From contig JBCDGJ010000002.1 of NCBI GenBank assembly GCA_038757945.1, forward strand, positions 24,186 to 88,185: DNA of 64,000 nt. The letters are read 5' to 3'. The position numbers and the translations under genes are program-made. Under the pieces are notes generated by a model. It ran no database searches. It saw only the letters and a program-made list of their open reading frames with translations, and was not told where the DNA came from. Each line of letters starts with the position of its first letter. The stretch's first letter is position 1. This DNA is from Pseudomonadota bacterium. Its GTDB lineage: Bacteria > Pseudomonadota > Gammaproteobacteria > Pseudomonadales > Azotimanducaceae. This document shows, in pieces, positions 55,636 to 64,000 of the stretch.

Positions 55636-57234
55636 ATGGTTGGTCGGCTGCTCCTACTGGGTCTTCTATTCACTATGCCGGCGGTAGCGGCTTCACGGGA
55701 ACACACAGACTCCTGGCAACCCACCAGGTACAGCCCCGCACAGCAGTACTCGCCTTCCCCTGCACCGGAGCGAATCGTACTGAGCTGGAGCGACGATCCC
55801 GCCACGACCCAATCGGTCACCTGGCGAACGGACACGTCGGTCAAAAGAGCAGTCGCAGAAATCGCCGTCGCGAACGCGAACGGCTACGCGCTTGAACCGG
55901 AGCGCTTTGAAGCGACAACCACGCTGTTCAAAAGCGATCTCAACGAAGCGCACTATCATTCGCTGACGTTCCAGGATCTGACGCCGAAGACGCTCTATGC
56001 GTACCGCGTGGGCGATGGTGAAAACTGGAGCGAGTACCTGCACTTCAGAACCGCGTCCGCACGCCCGGAACCCTTCAGCTTCATCTACTTTGGCGATGCA
56101 CAGAATGACGTGCGGATGCACTGGTCACGAGTGTTTCGGGAAGCGTTTCGCGAAGCTCCCCGAGCCGCGTTTTCGCTCCACGCCGGCGACCTCATCAACA
56201 CGCACTTCCGTGACGCGGAATGGGGCGGCTGGCACGCGGGACCCGCATGGGTAAACGGCACAATCCCGGTCATCGCAACACCGGGTAATCATGAGTACTA
56301 CGCGGCAGGCGCCGGACCGCGCAACGAGCGCTACTGGACCGCAAAGGACGGCAGCGCTGTCGCGGTCGTCGTCGACTTCGCCGAGCTCAAGAACGAAGAC
56401 GGCAAAGTGCTCTATCGACTCATCGCAAAGGACGACCAGGCGGGCACGGCGACCCTCGAGTACGACGGCGGCAAAATCGTGAGCGCGGAAGGCACGAACG
56501 CCGTACTCGGCTACGACCCAACGGAAGTGATCGGAACAGACCTCCGTAAAGCACCTTTGAACGATCGGCCTCGCAAGGAGGGGGAGCCGACGGTCAGCGC
56601 GCATTGGCGCCACCAGTTTGCCTTTCCAATCCAGAAACCCCCGAAGGGTCTCGAAGAGACCGTCTACTACACCGACTACCAGGGCGTCCGGTTCATATCC
56701 CTGGACTCAAATCGGGACCAGCAAGCGCAGATTCCCTGGTTGCGAAGAGCACTCGCTCGCAATCCGAACCGATGGACGATAGTCACCTTTCACCACCCGA
56801 TCTTTTCGCCGGCGTTCGACCGCGACAACGAAGAACTTCGCGCATTATGGAAACCCGTGCTGGACGAGTACAAGGTCGATCTGGTCCTGAACGGTCATGA
56901 CCACACTTACGCACGCACTGGCGCACTGGGTAGCAGCAGCGGCGTCACCAACGTACCCACCGGCTATCAGCAGGCCTACAACCCGGAAATCGGTACGGTG
57001 TACGTGGTGTCCGTAAGCGGACCGAAAATGTACCCGATCAACAAGGGCAACTACGCCAAGCGGGTCGCGGAAAACACGCAGCTGTACCAGGTCATTGAAG
57101 TCTTCGATTCAGAGCTGAAGTACAAGGCCTACACCGCAACCGGCGAACTGTACGACGCATTCATGCTCGAAAAGCGGGACGACAAGCCCAATCGACTGCA
57201 GGAGCTGCTGCCGCCAGAACGGCGCGCCGGTTAG
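55636..57234 (+). CDS. Purple-acid-phosphatase-like metallophosphoesterase (FN3-like N-domain plus calcineurin-like phosphoesterase)
   Basis: Signal peptide MVGRLLLLGLLFTMPAVAAS. Metal ligands: GDAQND, GDLIN and GNHEY. Late motifs are GHDHTYART. Confidence 0.7.
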   Translation: MVGRLLLLGLLFTMPAVAASREHTDSWQPTRYSPAQQYSPSPAPERIVLSWSDDPATTQSVTWRTDTSVKRAVAEIAVANANGYALEPERFEATTTLFKSDLNEAHYHSLTFQDLTPKTLYAYRVGDGENWSEYLHFRTASARPEPFSFIYFGDAQNDVRMHWSRVFREAFREAPRAAFSLHAGDLINTHFRDAEWGGWHAGPAWVNGTIPVIATPGNHEYYAAGAGPRNERYWTAKDGSAVAVVVDFAELKNEDGKVLYRLIAKDDQAGTATLEYDGGKIVSAEGTNAVLGYDPTEVIGTDLRKAPLNDRPRKEGEPTVSAHWRHQFAFPIQKPPKGLEETVYYTDYQGVRFISLDSNRDQQAQIPWLRRALARNPNRWTIVTFHHPIFSPAFDRDNEELRALWKPVLDEYKVDLVLNGHDHTYARTGALGSSSGVTNVPTGYQQAYNPEIGTVYVVSVSGPKMYPINKGNYAKRVAENTQLYQVIEVFDSELKYKAYTATGELYDAFMLEKRDDKPNRLQELLPPERRAG

Positions 57235-57345
57235 CCCCGGCGCATCATCGCAGTGTGCGCCGCACACTGCACCGGCAACGCGCGACGGCGCTCAGACCGG
57301 TCAATACTCCGAAAGACACCGCTTCCTTCGAAGCGCTAACCGATA

Positions 57346-58986
57346 CTAAGGAAGCGCAACACGGTAAAGCGAACGTTGCGCTTCACCGGTTATGAACAGA
57401 TGACCATCGGGACCCATCGCCACGCCGTTGAAGACCTGCGACGGTGGCGATTCAGCGGCGGCTGCCGAACCCGCGGGGAACTCTGCCAGCACGCGGCGAG
57501 CTCCTTCGGCGTCGATGGAAACGACCCGCGCAGCGTCTGCTTCGACAACCACCAGCCCATCATCGGTCAGCAGAAATCCTTCGGGCGATTCCAATCCGCT
57601 CGCGACAATGACCGGCTCAGGCAGTGCTTTACCGGAGCTTGCAACCTTGAGGATCTGCCCGCGGGACCGGTCGCTGACAAAGAGGTCATCACCCCGTGCC
57701 ACGAGGCCCGTCGGGGCCGGGAGTTCTGAGACGAGCACCGACGCGCCATCCGAGCTTTGCAGGGTCACGCTACCGGTACCGTGCTCCGCAACAGCAACAC
57801 CTCCGGCATACCTCACCGCGGCAACCGGTTGAGCCAGGTTCGTGAAGTGCGCCGTCCGCTGTTGCGCCTGCGGATCCCAGACCCGAACATCGCCATCGAA
57901 CCACGAGGTCAGTATGAGCTGCTCGCCATCGGCCGCGAGGTTGATTGCACCGCCCATTTCGCCGACACCCACGACGTTGCGCTGCGTTGCAACTTCAGCT
58001 CCGCTCTTGCGATCGAAACCACGAATCGCGTGGATGTCAGCGACCCAGACAACTTCACCGATCATCGCAATACCGCCGGGGTGGGCCATTCCGCCGGGCT
58101 GCAGGGTCGTCTGCGTTCCGTCAGCATTGACGCGCTTTACAAAACCGTCGGTAAAGCTCGAAACGTACACCGTATCGTCCGCATCGAAGGCAAAGTTATC
58201 GAGTCCGGGCGTGAGGGTGGCAATCACCTCTCTCGCATCATCGCCGAGACGAACAACCGTTCCCGCCCCCGTGTCCAGCACGTGGAGTACACCCGCGCTG
58301 TCAAACTTCACGGCGGCAGGTGTCACGAAGCCTGTCGCCTCGACCCGGCGCTCTCCCGTGTCGACATCCAAGCTGATCACCTCACCAACAAACCATCGCG
58401 GTCCGTACAGTCGCCCATCGGGACCCCAGTCCATGCCGTTGAGCCCACACCCGGGTCCAAGGTCACCGGCAATCAAACGCGGCTGCTCGACGCCCTTCGG
58501 ATCAAGTTCATAGACGTTGGTCCCAAGAAAACACTGGGAAATGAAGAGGCGATCGTCATCGGAGAAGGTTACGGGGTTTGGACCAGGCGGGAGCTGGGCG
58601 GCAACCACCCGGTTCCCAGCCGCATCAAAGCCGGCGACTTCACCGGTCAGGATCGACGTCCAGAAGAACGATCCGTCGGAGGCGAAGGCCACGTCATCGG
58701 GCCCAATGACGCCATCGTCCGCGGTCAGCCGTCGGACCACTTCACCGTTATCCGGATTCAGGACGGTCAGATCGGAGCCGATCACAGAGGCGACGTAGAG
58801 CAGGCCGTCCGGCCCAAAGTGGATACCGTTGGCACCAGCAATGTTCGCGCCGGTGGCCAGCACCTCCAGAGCCGGCGGCGCAGCCTGCCCCGGCGAGGCA
58901 GCTACTGCATCGGATCCGCCAGGCGGCTGCGGTGTATCGCAGCCGGCAAGAAGGCAACCCAGGAGCACAAGAGAAACGTGGCGCAT
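57346..58986 (-). CDS. Lipoprotein with repeated beta-propeller (NHL/SMP-30/gluconolactonase-like) blades
   Basis: Lipobox LLAGC. 546 aa. Many blade-like repeats (...GIHFGPDGLLYVAS..., ...FASDGSFFWTS..., ...DGRLYGP..., ...DSAGVLHVLD...). Confidence 0.5.
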   Translation of the reverse strand: MRHVSLVLLGCLLAGCDTPQPPGGSDAVAASPGQAAPPALEVLATGANIAGANGIHFGPDGLLYVASVIGSDLTVLNPDNGEVVRRLTADDGVIGPDDVAFASDGSFFWTSILTGEVAGFDAAGNRVVAAQLPPGPNPVTFSDDDRLFISQCFLGTNVYELDPKGVEQPRLIAGDLGPGCGLNGMDWGPDGRLYGPRWFVGEVISLDVDTGERRVEATGFVTPAAVKFDSAGVLHVLDTGAGTVVRLGDDAREVIATLTPGLDNFAFDADDTVYVSSFTDGFVKRVNADGTQTTLQPGGMAHPGGIAMIGEVVWVADIHAIRGFDRKSGAEVATQRNVVGVGEMGGAINLAADGEQLILTSWFDGDVRVWDPQAQQRTAHFTNLAQPVAAVRYAGGVAVAEHGTGSVTLQSSDGASVLVSELPAPTGLVARGDDLFVSDRSRGQILKVASSGKALPEPVIVASGLESPEGFLLTDDGLVVVEADAARVVSIDAEGARRVLAEFPAGSAAAAESPPSQVFNGVAMGPDGHLFITGEAQRSLYRVALP

Positions 58987-59167
58987 AGCAGGCTCGAACG
59001 CTTGGGACGACGCCGCCGATTCTACACAGCCAGGCTGCCGGCGGCCTCCCGCAGTTTGACCGCTCGCAACCGCACCAAGACGCTCAGCTAAGTCGCGATG
59101 CGCGGGGCTGATCGATATCGGGCACCAGCATTGGTGCCCAACTCCGCGACTCGAACCCCCTGGACGA

Positions 59168-61087
59168 TCAGCTCAGTCCAGCGATGTCCTGCGCGACACG
59201 GTCGGCAAAGGCCTCTACCGAAAGACTGCCGAGGTCTTCACCGCTACGGGTACGCACAGCGACCTCCCCGGTTGTCATCTCCTGATCACCCACTACCAGC
59301 AGGTAGGGAATCGCTTGCAGCGTGTGCTCCCGAATCTTGAAGCCGATCTTTTCGTTACGCAGATCGGAAATGACCCGGACGCCGCGGGCCTTAAGGCAAC
59401 GCACCACCTTGTCGACGTAGTCGTCCTGACGATCCGTGATGTTCAGCACCGCAGCCTGCACCGGTGACAGCCAGACCGGGAACTTGCCTTCGTAATGTTC
59501 GATCAGGATTCCGGTGAAGCGCTCCAGGGAACCGAACAGGGCCCGATGCAACATGACCGGGCGCTTGTCGCGGCCGCCGCTTTCATCGACATAGGAGATA
59601 TCAAACCGTTCGGGCAGGTTCATATCGACCTGCAGCGTACCGCACTGCCAGTCGCGGCCGATGGCGTCACGCAGCACAAACTCGAGCTTCGGACCGTAGA
59701 ACGCGCCTTCTCCCGGATACAGCACATAGTCGAGACCCATGGATTCAAGCGCATTGCTCAACGCACCTTCCAGCTTGTCCCAGACTTCATCGCTACCGAT
59801 TCGCTTCTCCGGGCGGGTCGACAGCTTGATGACCACATCCTCGAAGCCGAAATCCTTGTAGATGTCGAGCACCAGGGCGACGACGTCGACACACTCCTGC
59901 TCCATCTGCGCTTCGGTGCAGTAAATGTGCGCATCGTCCTGGGTAAAGTGACGCACCCGCATGAGCCCATGTAATGCGCCCGACGGTTCGTAGCGGTGGA
60001 CCTTTCCGAACTCGGCCATGCGCAAGGGCAGATCGCGGTAGCTCTTCAATCCCTGCGCGAACATCGAGACCGACCCGGGACAGTTCATAGGCTTGAGTGC
60101 AAAGACCCGCTCGTCTTCGGTCTGGGTCGAAAACATGTTTTCCCGGTAGTTGAACCAGTGGCCCGATGTTTCCCACAGGCTGCGATCCATCACGTCGGGC
60201 GTATTCACCTCAACGTAGCCTGCTTCTTCCTGGCGCTTGCGCATGTAATCCAGTAGCTGCCGGAACAGGGTCCAGCCCTTCGGGTGCCAGTAGACCGACC
60301 CGGGCGCTTCGTCGCTCAAGTGAAACAGATCAAGCTTTCGACCGAGCTTCCGGTGATCGCGCTTTTCTGCTTCTTCCAGACGACGGAGATAGGCTTTCAG
60401 CTCCTTTTCACTGCGCCAGGCGGTCCCATAGATACGCTGCAGCATCTCGTTGTCCGAGTTGCCGCGCCAGTACGCGCCTGCGAGCTTCATCAGCTTGAAA
60501 GCCTTCGGCAGTTTGCCGGTACTCGGCAGATGTGGGCCACGGCAGACATCAAACCAGTCGCCCTGACGATAGACTGAAACTTCCTCGCCCTCGGGGATGA
60601 TGTCTTCGATGATCTGGACCTTGTAGTCCTCACCAATCTCCCGAAAGACCTTTATGGCCTGATCGCGGTCCCAGACTTCCCGCTCAATCGGCAGATCGCG
60701 GCCGACGATTTCGCGCATGCGCGCTTCGATCTTTTCCAGATCCTCCGGGGAGAACGGCTCGTCTCTGGCAAAGTCGTAGTAAAAGCCGTCCTCAATCGCC
60801 GGTCCGATGGTTACCTGCGTACCCGGATACAGTTCCTGCACCGCCTGGGCCATCACGTGGGCTGCGTCGTGGCGCAGAAGCTCCAGCGCTTCGTCACTTT
60901 TGCTGGTAATGATCGCCAGTTCGGCATCGGCCTCGAGCAGGTGCGAGGTATCGACCAGCGCGCCGTTAACCGTACCAGCGAGCGCGGCCTTCGCGAGTCC
61001 CGGGCCAATGTCTGCGGCAACGTCTTGGATGCTAACGGGCTGTTCGTACTGGCGAACGGCACCATCGGGGAGGGTAATCTGGGGCAT
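59168..61087 (-). CDS. thrS: Threonine--tRNA ligase
   Basis: Starts [38 protein letters not shown], as in E. coli ThrRS. Class II core and anticodon-binding domain are present. About 639 aa from the internal Met. Confidence 0.95.
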   Translation of the reverse strand: MPQITLPDGAVRQYEQPVSIQDVAADIGPGLAKAALAGTVNGALVDTSHLLEADAELAIITSKSDEALELLRHDAAHVMAQAVQELYPGTQVTIGPAIEDGFYYDFARDEPFSPEDLEKIEARMREIVGRDLPIEREVWDRDQAIKVFREIGEDYKVQIIEDIIPEGEEVSVYRQGDWFDVCRGPHLPSTGKLPKAFKLMKLAGAYWRGNSDNEMLQRIYGTAWRSEKELKAYLRRLEEAEKRDHRKLGRKLDLFHLSDEAPGSVYWHPKGWTLFRQLLDYMRKRQEEAGYVEVNTPDVMDRSLWETSGHWFNYRENMFSTQTEDERVFALKPMNCPGSVSMFAQGLKSYRDLPLRMAEFGKVHRYEPSGALHGLMRVRHFTQDDAHIYCTEAQMEQECVDVVALVLDIYKDFGFEDVVIKLSTRPEKRIGSDEVWDKLEGALSNALESMGLDYVLYPGEGAFYGPKLEFVLRDAIGRDWQCGTLQVDMNLPERFDISYVDESGGRDKRPVMLHRALFGSLERFTGILIEHYEGKFPVWLSPVQAAVLNITDRQDDYVDKVVRCLKARGVRVISDLRNEKIGFKIREHTLQAIPYLLVVGDQEMTTGEVAVRTRSGEDLGSLSVEAFADRVAQDIAGLS

Positions 61088-61249
61088 AACGATGTCTCCG
61101 TCAGTGGCGGTCATTACCAAAGACCGCATGGCTTCCTGTCTACGAGCGTAGACAGCTCAATCTATGCCTAGTGTATCAGTGAATTCGAGACCCGGCGATC
61201 TACAGATATCTGCTTTGCCGGCGCACCGTGATCAGCGGGCGCACCGTAT

Positions 61250-61369
61250 TCAGCAGCAGCAGCCGTCCTTGCAGCAGGCGCAGGTCTTCTCCGCACAGCA
61301 ATCCTTGTTGCCAGGCGCGTTTTTACCGCACTCACACGTACATTTGCTCTGATCTTTCTCTTCAGCCAT
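61250..61369 (-). CDS. Metallothionein-like Cys-rich peptide: 39 aa with 11 Cys (absent from the ORF track)
   Basis: Minus-strand translation gives MAEEKDQSKCTCECGKNAPGNKDCCAEKTCACCKDGCCC, then stop. A GGAG Shine-Dalgarno lies 6 nt upstream of the ATG. It is directly downstream of and co-directional with an ArsR/SmtB regulator gene. Confidence 0.6.
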   Translation of the reverse strand: MAEEKDQSKCTCECGKNAPGNKDCCAEKTCACCKDGCCC

Positions 61370-61408
61370 GTTTTCTCCATTTCTTCCTTGTACTACTCGC
61401 ACCGAGGG

Positions 61409-61696
61409 TCAGCCCTCAATCAGATCTGCCAGCGTACGCAGTTTTTCCGCCACCTCATGGCGATTCAGGGCGTACTTTCGCTCGCGACCCTTTTTTCTCA
61501 TCCGTACCACGCCCTCCTGCTCCAACAGCTTCAGATGGCGCGACACGACCGACGCGTCAACGCTGCAGCATTCACACAAGCACATGGCGTTTTGGGGCTC
61601 TTCGCACTGGCACAGCTCGTACACGAGGGATAGCCGGTTGAATTCACCAAGCGCCTTGAGCAATGCTGCGAGCTCATTAACTTCGTCCGCGTCCAC
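61409..61696 (-). CDS. ArsR/SmtB-family metal-sensing transcriptional repressor
   Basis: 95 aa. The wHTH region carries a Cys-rich sensing site (LSLVYELCQCEEPQNAMCLCECCSV), then DASVVSRHLKLLEQEGVV. Confidence 0.75.
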   Translation of the reverse strand: MDADEVNELAALLKALGEFNRLSLVYELCQCEEPQNAMCLCECCSVDASVVSRHLKLLEQEGVVRMRKKGRERKYALNRHEVAEKLRTLADLIEG

Positions 61697-61991
61697 GCCT
61701 TATATTTGCTCATTTGTGCATATATGTCAACATAAGACTGCCGCGGCCCAACCGAGCAGAACGTTTCCGCCCACCCTCGACAGGTGAGTTGAGCATCCCG
61801 CGCCACGTTCTCCCGCCACTCTTTTACCTGCCACGTTCTCCACACCACATCGACGAAAGCGGTGGGCGAGACCCAGGGCAACGGCGTCCGAGTAGAGACC
61901 TGCGGCAGCGGCTCGAGAGGCAAGGCTGCGCCTGGATCCTCACCGCGGTTTAGTGGCAAACTCCCGAAGATTCATCCTGGGGGAGCACGAT

Positions 61992-62741
61992 ATGTCCGAA
62001 CCGATCAACGTTTACTTCGTGTGCGGGGGCAAATACCACGACATCGATTTCGTCCGGCTGGAAATGCTGAAGCTGTTCTCCGAAGACCAGCGATTCAGGG
62101 TACGCATGGCGGATGATTACTCAAAGATCGACGAGATCACTGCATCGGACGTGCTGGTGACCTACACCGTAGATGTCGTCCCAACCGATGAGGAAACCGA
62201 GCAACTGGAACAGTGGCTCAGTTCCGGAAACCGATGGTTCGCGCTGCATGCAACCAACTCGATTCTCGAATTCACCGACAACGGTGTTGACTGCCCACGC
62301 CGCGCGCCAAAGTTCATGCACATGCTTGGCAGCCAGTTCACCGGGCATCCGCCGATTGACTACTACCCGGTAACCGTTGAACCCGGCAAAGAAGAACATC
62401 CGCTGGTCGCGGGCATCGACCCCATGCTCGTCGAGGACGAGCTCTACGTTTCCGAGTTCTACGATGACGTCGAAGTGCTGCTCAAGACGCGCTGGGGAGG
62501 CGCGTGCGATGGATTTGTGGAAGACACTGTCGAAGAGCGCGACCACCCAATCATGTATCTGAGGAAGTACGGTAAGGGCACGGTGCTGTTCCTTACGCTT
62601 GGTCATGCGCGCTCGAAGTACGACCTGAGACCCATGGTCGATGTGTATCCGAAGATGGAACGCGGCTCGTGGACCGTACCCGACTTCTACGAACTGCTAC
62701 GGCGCGGTCTGAAGTGGAGCGCCGGAGAGATTGCCGCCTAG
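61992..62741 (+). CDS. ThuA-like / class-I glutamine-amidotransferase-like domain protein (tentative)
   Basis: The start is set at MSEPINVYFVCGGKYHDIDF. The track ORF begins 13 codons earlier. About 250 aa. Confidence 0.5.
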   Translation: MSEPINVYFVCGGKYHDIDFVRLEMLKLFSEDQRFRVRMADDYSKIDEITASDVLVTYTVDVVPTDEETEQLEQWLSSGNRWFALHATNSILEFTDNGVDCPRRAPKFMHMLGSQFTGHPPIDYYPVTVEPGKEEHPLVAGIDPMLVEDELYVSEFYDDVEVLLKTRWGGACDGFVEDTVEERDHPIMYLRKYGKGTVLFLTLGHARSKYDLRPMVDVYPKMERGSWTVPDFYELLRRGLKWSAGEIAA

Positions 62742-62971
62742 CGCGAGGCAATTCACAGAGCCCAACCGCAACCCCGGGGTGACAACATGCCAGACCCAGA
62801 ACCATCTCGGGACTGGCGTGTCGCTCCGGCACCACAGTACCTACCGATTTCGGCTTGGCATTCAAAGGCTGCTGGGAGACCATTGCGCTCAAACCGGCAC
62901 TCAGCTGAACCGCAAACACCTGCGGCTGCTGACTACCGTCCCTTAACTTCTGTCCAGAATGGCGCTTACGC

Positions 62972-63730
62972 ATGTTTCGGAAATCCATAACTCTTCCAGC
63001 CCTCTTCCTGCTCATCGCGACGCTCACCGCCTGCACAGCAGCGCCAACCGCCGATGATCAGACGGCGGAGACTGACGAAGCCCTCATCGCACGAGCCCTC
63101 GAGATCCACGACCGGGTACTGACCCTCGACACCCATGCAGATACCCCGCTGCGCATGATCGAGCCGGGGTTCGACATGGCAGAGCGGCACGACCCGAGAG
63201 AAACCGGATCAAAGGTCGATTACCCGAGAATGAAGGACGGCGGGCTGGATTCCATCTTCTTCGCCGCTTTTGTTGCGCAGGACATTCGCAACGACGAAGG
63301 CAATCGACGGGCAAAGGAGCTGAGCCTGCAGATGATTGATGCGGTCATTGCATCAACAGAAACCAATGCCGATATCGCCGGTCTGGCACTGACTCCAGAA
63401 GACGCCTACGCGCTGGAGAAGGAGGGCAAACGGGCGATCTTCATCGGCATCGAAAACGGTTATCCCATCGGCGACGACCTGTCTAACGTTGAGCTCTATT
63501 TCGACAAGGGCGTGCGCTACATAACCCTGGTGCATTCGAGCAACAACGATCTGGCGGACTCCGCTACAGACTCAAACGGGGCTGAACACGAGGGAATCAG
63601 CGAGCTGGGCGAGGCGGTGGTCCGGGAAATGAACCGCCTGGGCATCATGGTAGACGTCTCGCACGGCAGCGACGATGTCTTCTACGATGCGATTGCCACG
63701 TCGGACGCGCCAATCAGTATAAAAAGCTAG
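62972..63730 (+). pseudogene. Membrane dipeptidase (peptidase M19) lipoprotein: an N-terminal ~250 aa fragment. The reading frame ends at the first unit of a tandem-repeat array.
   Basis: Lipobox LIATLTAC. M19 motifs (...LDTHADTPLRM...ITLVHSSNNDLADSA...VDVSHGSDDVFYDA...). M19 enzymes are usually about 350-420 aa. Here the stop (…APISIKS*) coincides with the first repeat unit at about 63.71 kb. Confidence 0.5.
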
Positions 63731-64000
63731 GGCGCTGCAGCAACAAGAAATGGGCAGTATAAAAAACGGGGGCGCTGCCGCAGCGAGAATTGGTAAGTAT
63801 AAAAAGCGCAGGCGCTGCTGCAACGAGAAAAGGGCAGTATAAAAAGTGGGGGCGCTGCCGCAACGAAAACCGGGCAGTATAAAAACTGGGGCGCTGCCGC
63901 AACAAGAAAAGGGCAGTAAAAAAACGTGGGGCGCTGCCGCAACGAGAAATGGGCAGTATAAAAAGCGGGGGCGCTGCCGCAGATCGAAAGGGCGAGTTTA
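63712..64000. repeat. Tandem array of at least 7 units of ~45 bp (consensus GGGCAGTATAAAAAGNGGGGGCGCTGCCGCAACGAGAAAN). It continues beyond the window end.
   Basis: Seen directly: the units cagtataaaaagctagggcgctgcagcaacaagaaatggg / cagtataaaaaacgggggcgctgccgcagcgagaattggtaag / tataaaaagcgcaggcgctgctgcaacgagaaaaggg / cagtataaaaagtgggggcgctgccgcaacgaaaaccggg / ... Each unit contains TATAAAAA and a CTGCC(G)...GGGCAG inverted pair. Confidence 0.85.

Noticed and set aside
57757-59091. 444-aa plus-strand ORF
   Set aside because: It is antisense to the beta-propeller lipoprotein gene.
63712-64000. Possible CRISPR array
   Set aside because: The ~45-bp units are near-identical along their whole length. 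They are direct tandem repeats without unique spacers. No cas genes are nearby.

Overview
This 64-kb window is high-GC (about 65%) and looks like gammaproteobacterial chromosome. Conserved 'core' blocks are interleaved with accessory regions.

Core genes. At the 5' end there is a GT4 glycosyltransferase that is partial at the window edge, then ppk1, cmoA and cmoB. An acyl-CoA dehydrogenase and a TauD-family dioxygenase follow. pncC/cinA-C, the SelO adenylyltransferase, an AI-2E transporter and thrS are also present.

Chemosensory cluster (10.5-22.5 kb). This is a Che2/F7-like cluster encoding cheW, a soluble multi-PAS MCP, cheB, cheD, cheR, a STAS protein, cheA, an HDOD protein, a CheX-like protein and two cheY-like regulators. 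The MCP ends in the pentapeptide EWEEF.

Other gene blocks. (i) A Co-type nitrile hydratase operon (beta, alpha, accessory protein) followed by a MATE efflux pump. (ii) A PhyH dioxygenase translationally coupled to an Smr nuclease. (iii) A DUF785 protease / 7TM transglutaminase-like / RimK-like ATP-grasp triad. (iv) An ABM monooxygenase followed by a CbbQ/NorQ-type AAA+ ATPase and a VWA protein. (v) A secreted trypsin-like protease coupled to a membrane FHA protein. (vi) Two tandem DUF1989 paralogues next to a cyclase, then a WD40 protein, a COG0523 GTPase, an ABC ATPase and a DUF1636 protein.

Most interesting observations.
1. A GrdB/PrdB-family gene on the minus strand that the ORF track split at an in-frame TGA. 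Read as selenocysteine the TGA gives a U-P-V-C motif, and a hairpin sits just downstream where a SECIS element would be. This is a candidate selenoprotein.
2. A 39-aa metallothionein-like ORF with 11 cysteines, missing from the ORF track, downstream of an ArsR/SmtB-family regulator.
3. A signal-peptide-bearing DUF4150 (PAAR-like) protein followed by a small secreted protein, with no T6SS genes in view.
4. An array of canonical and non-canonical tRNA-like elements around 45.8-47.1 kb, including an ACC-anticodon tRNA, next to about 500 nt without credible ORFs.
5. A tandem array of at least 7 units of ~45 bp that starts exactly at the premature stop of an M19 dipeptidase gene and runs off the window end.

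Caveat. I read the sequence by eye, so coordinates of non-ORF features are approximate to a few bases. Several gene starts are reassigned inside the long track ORFs. The ORF track appears to print GTG starts as M.
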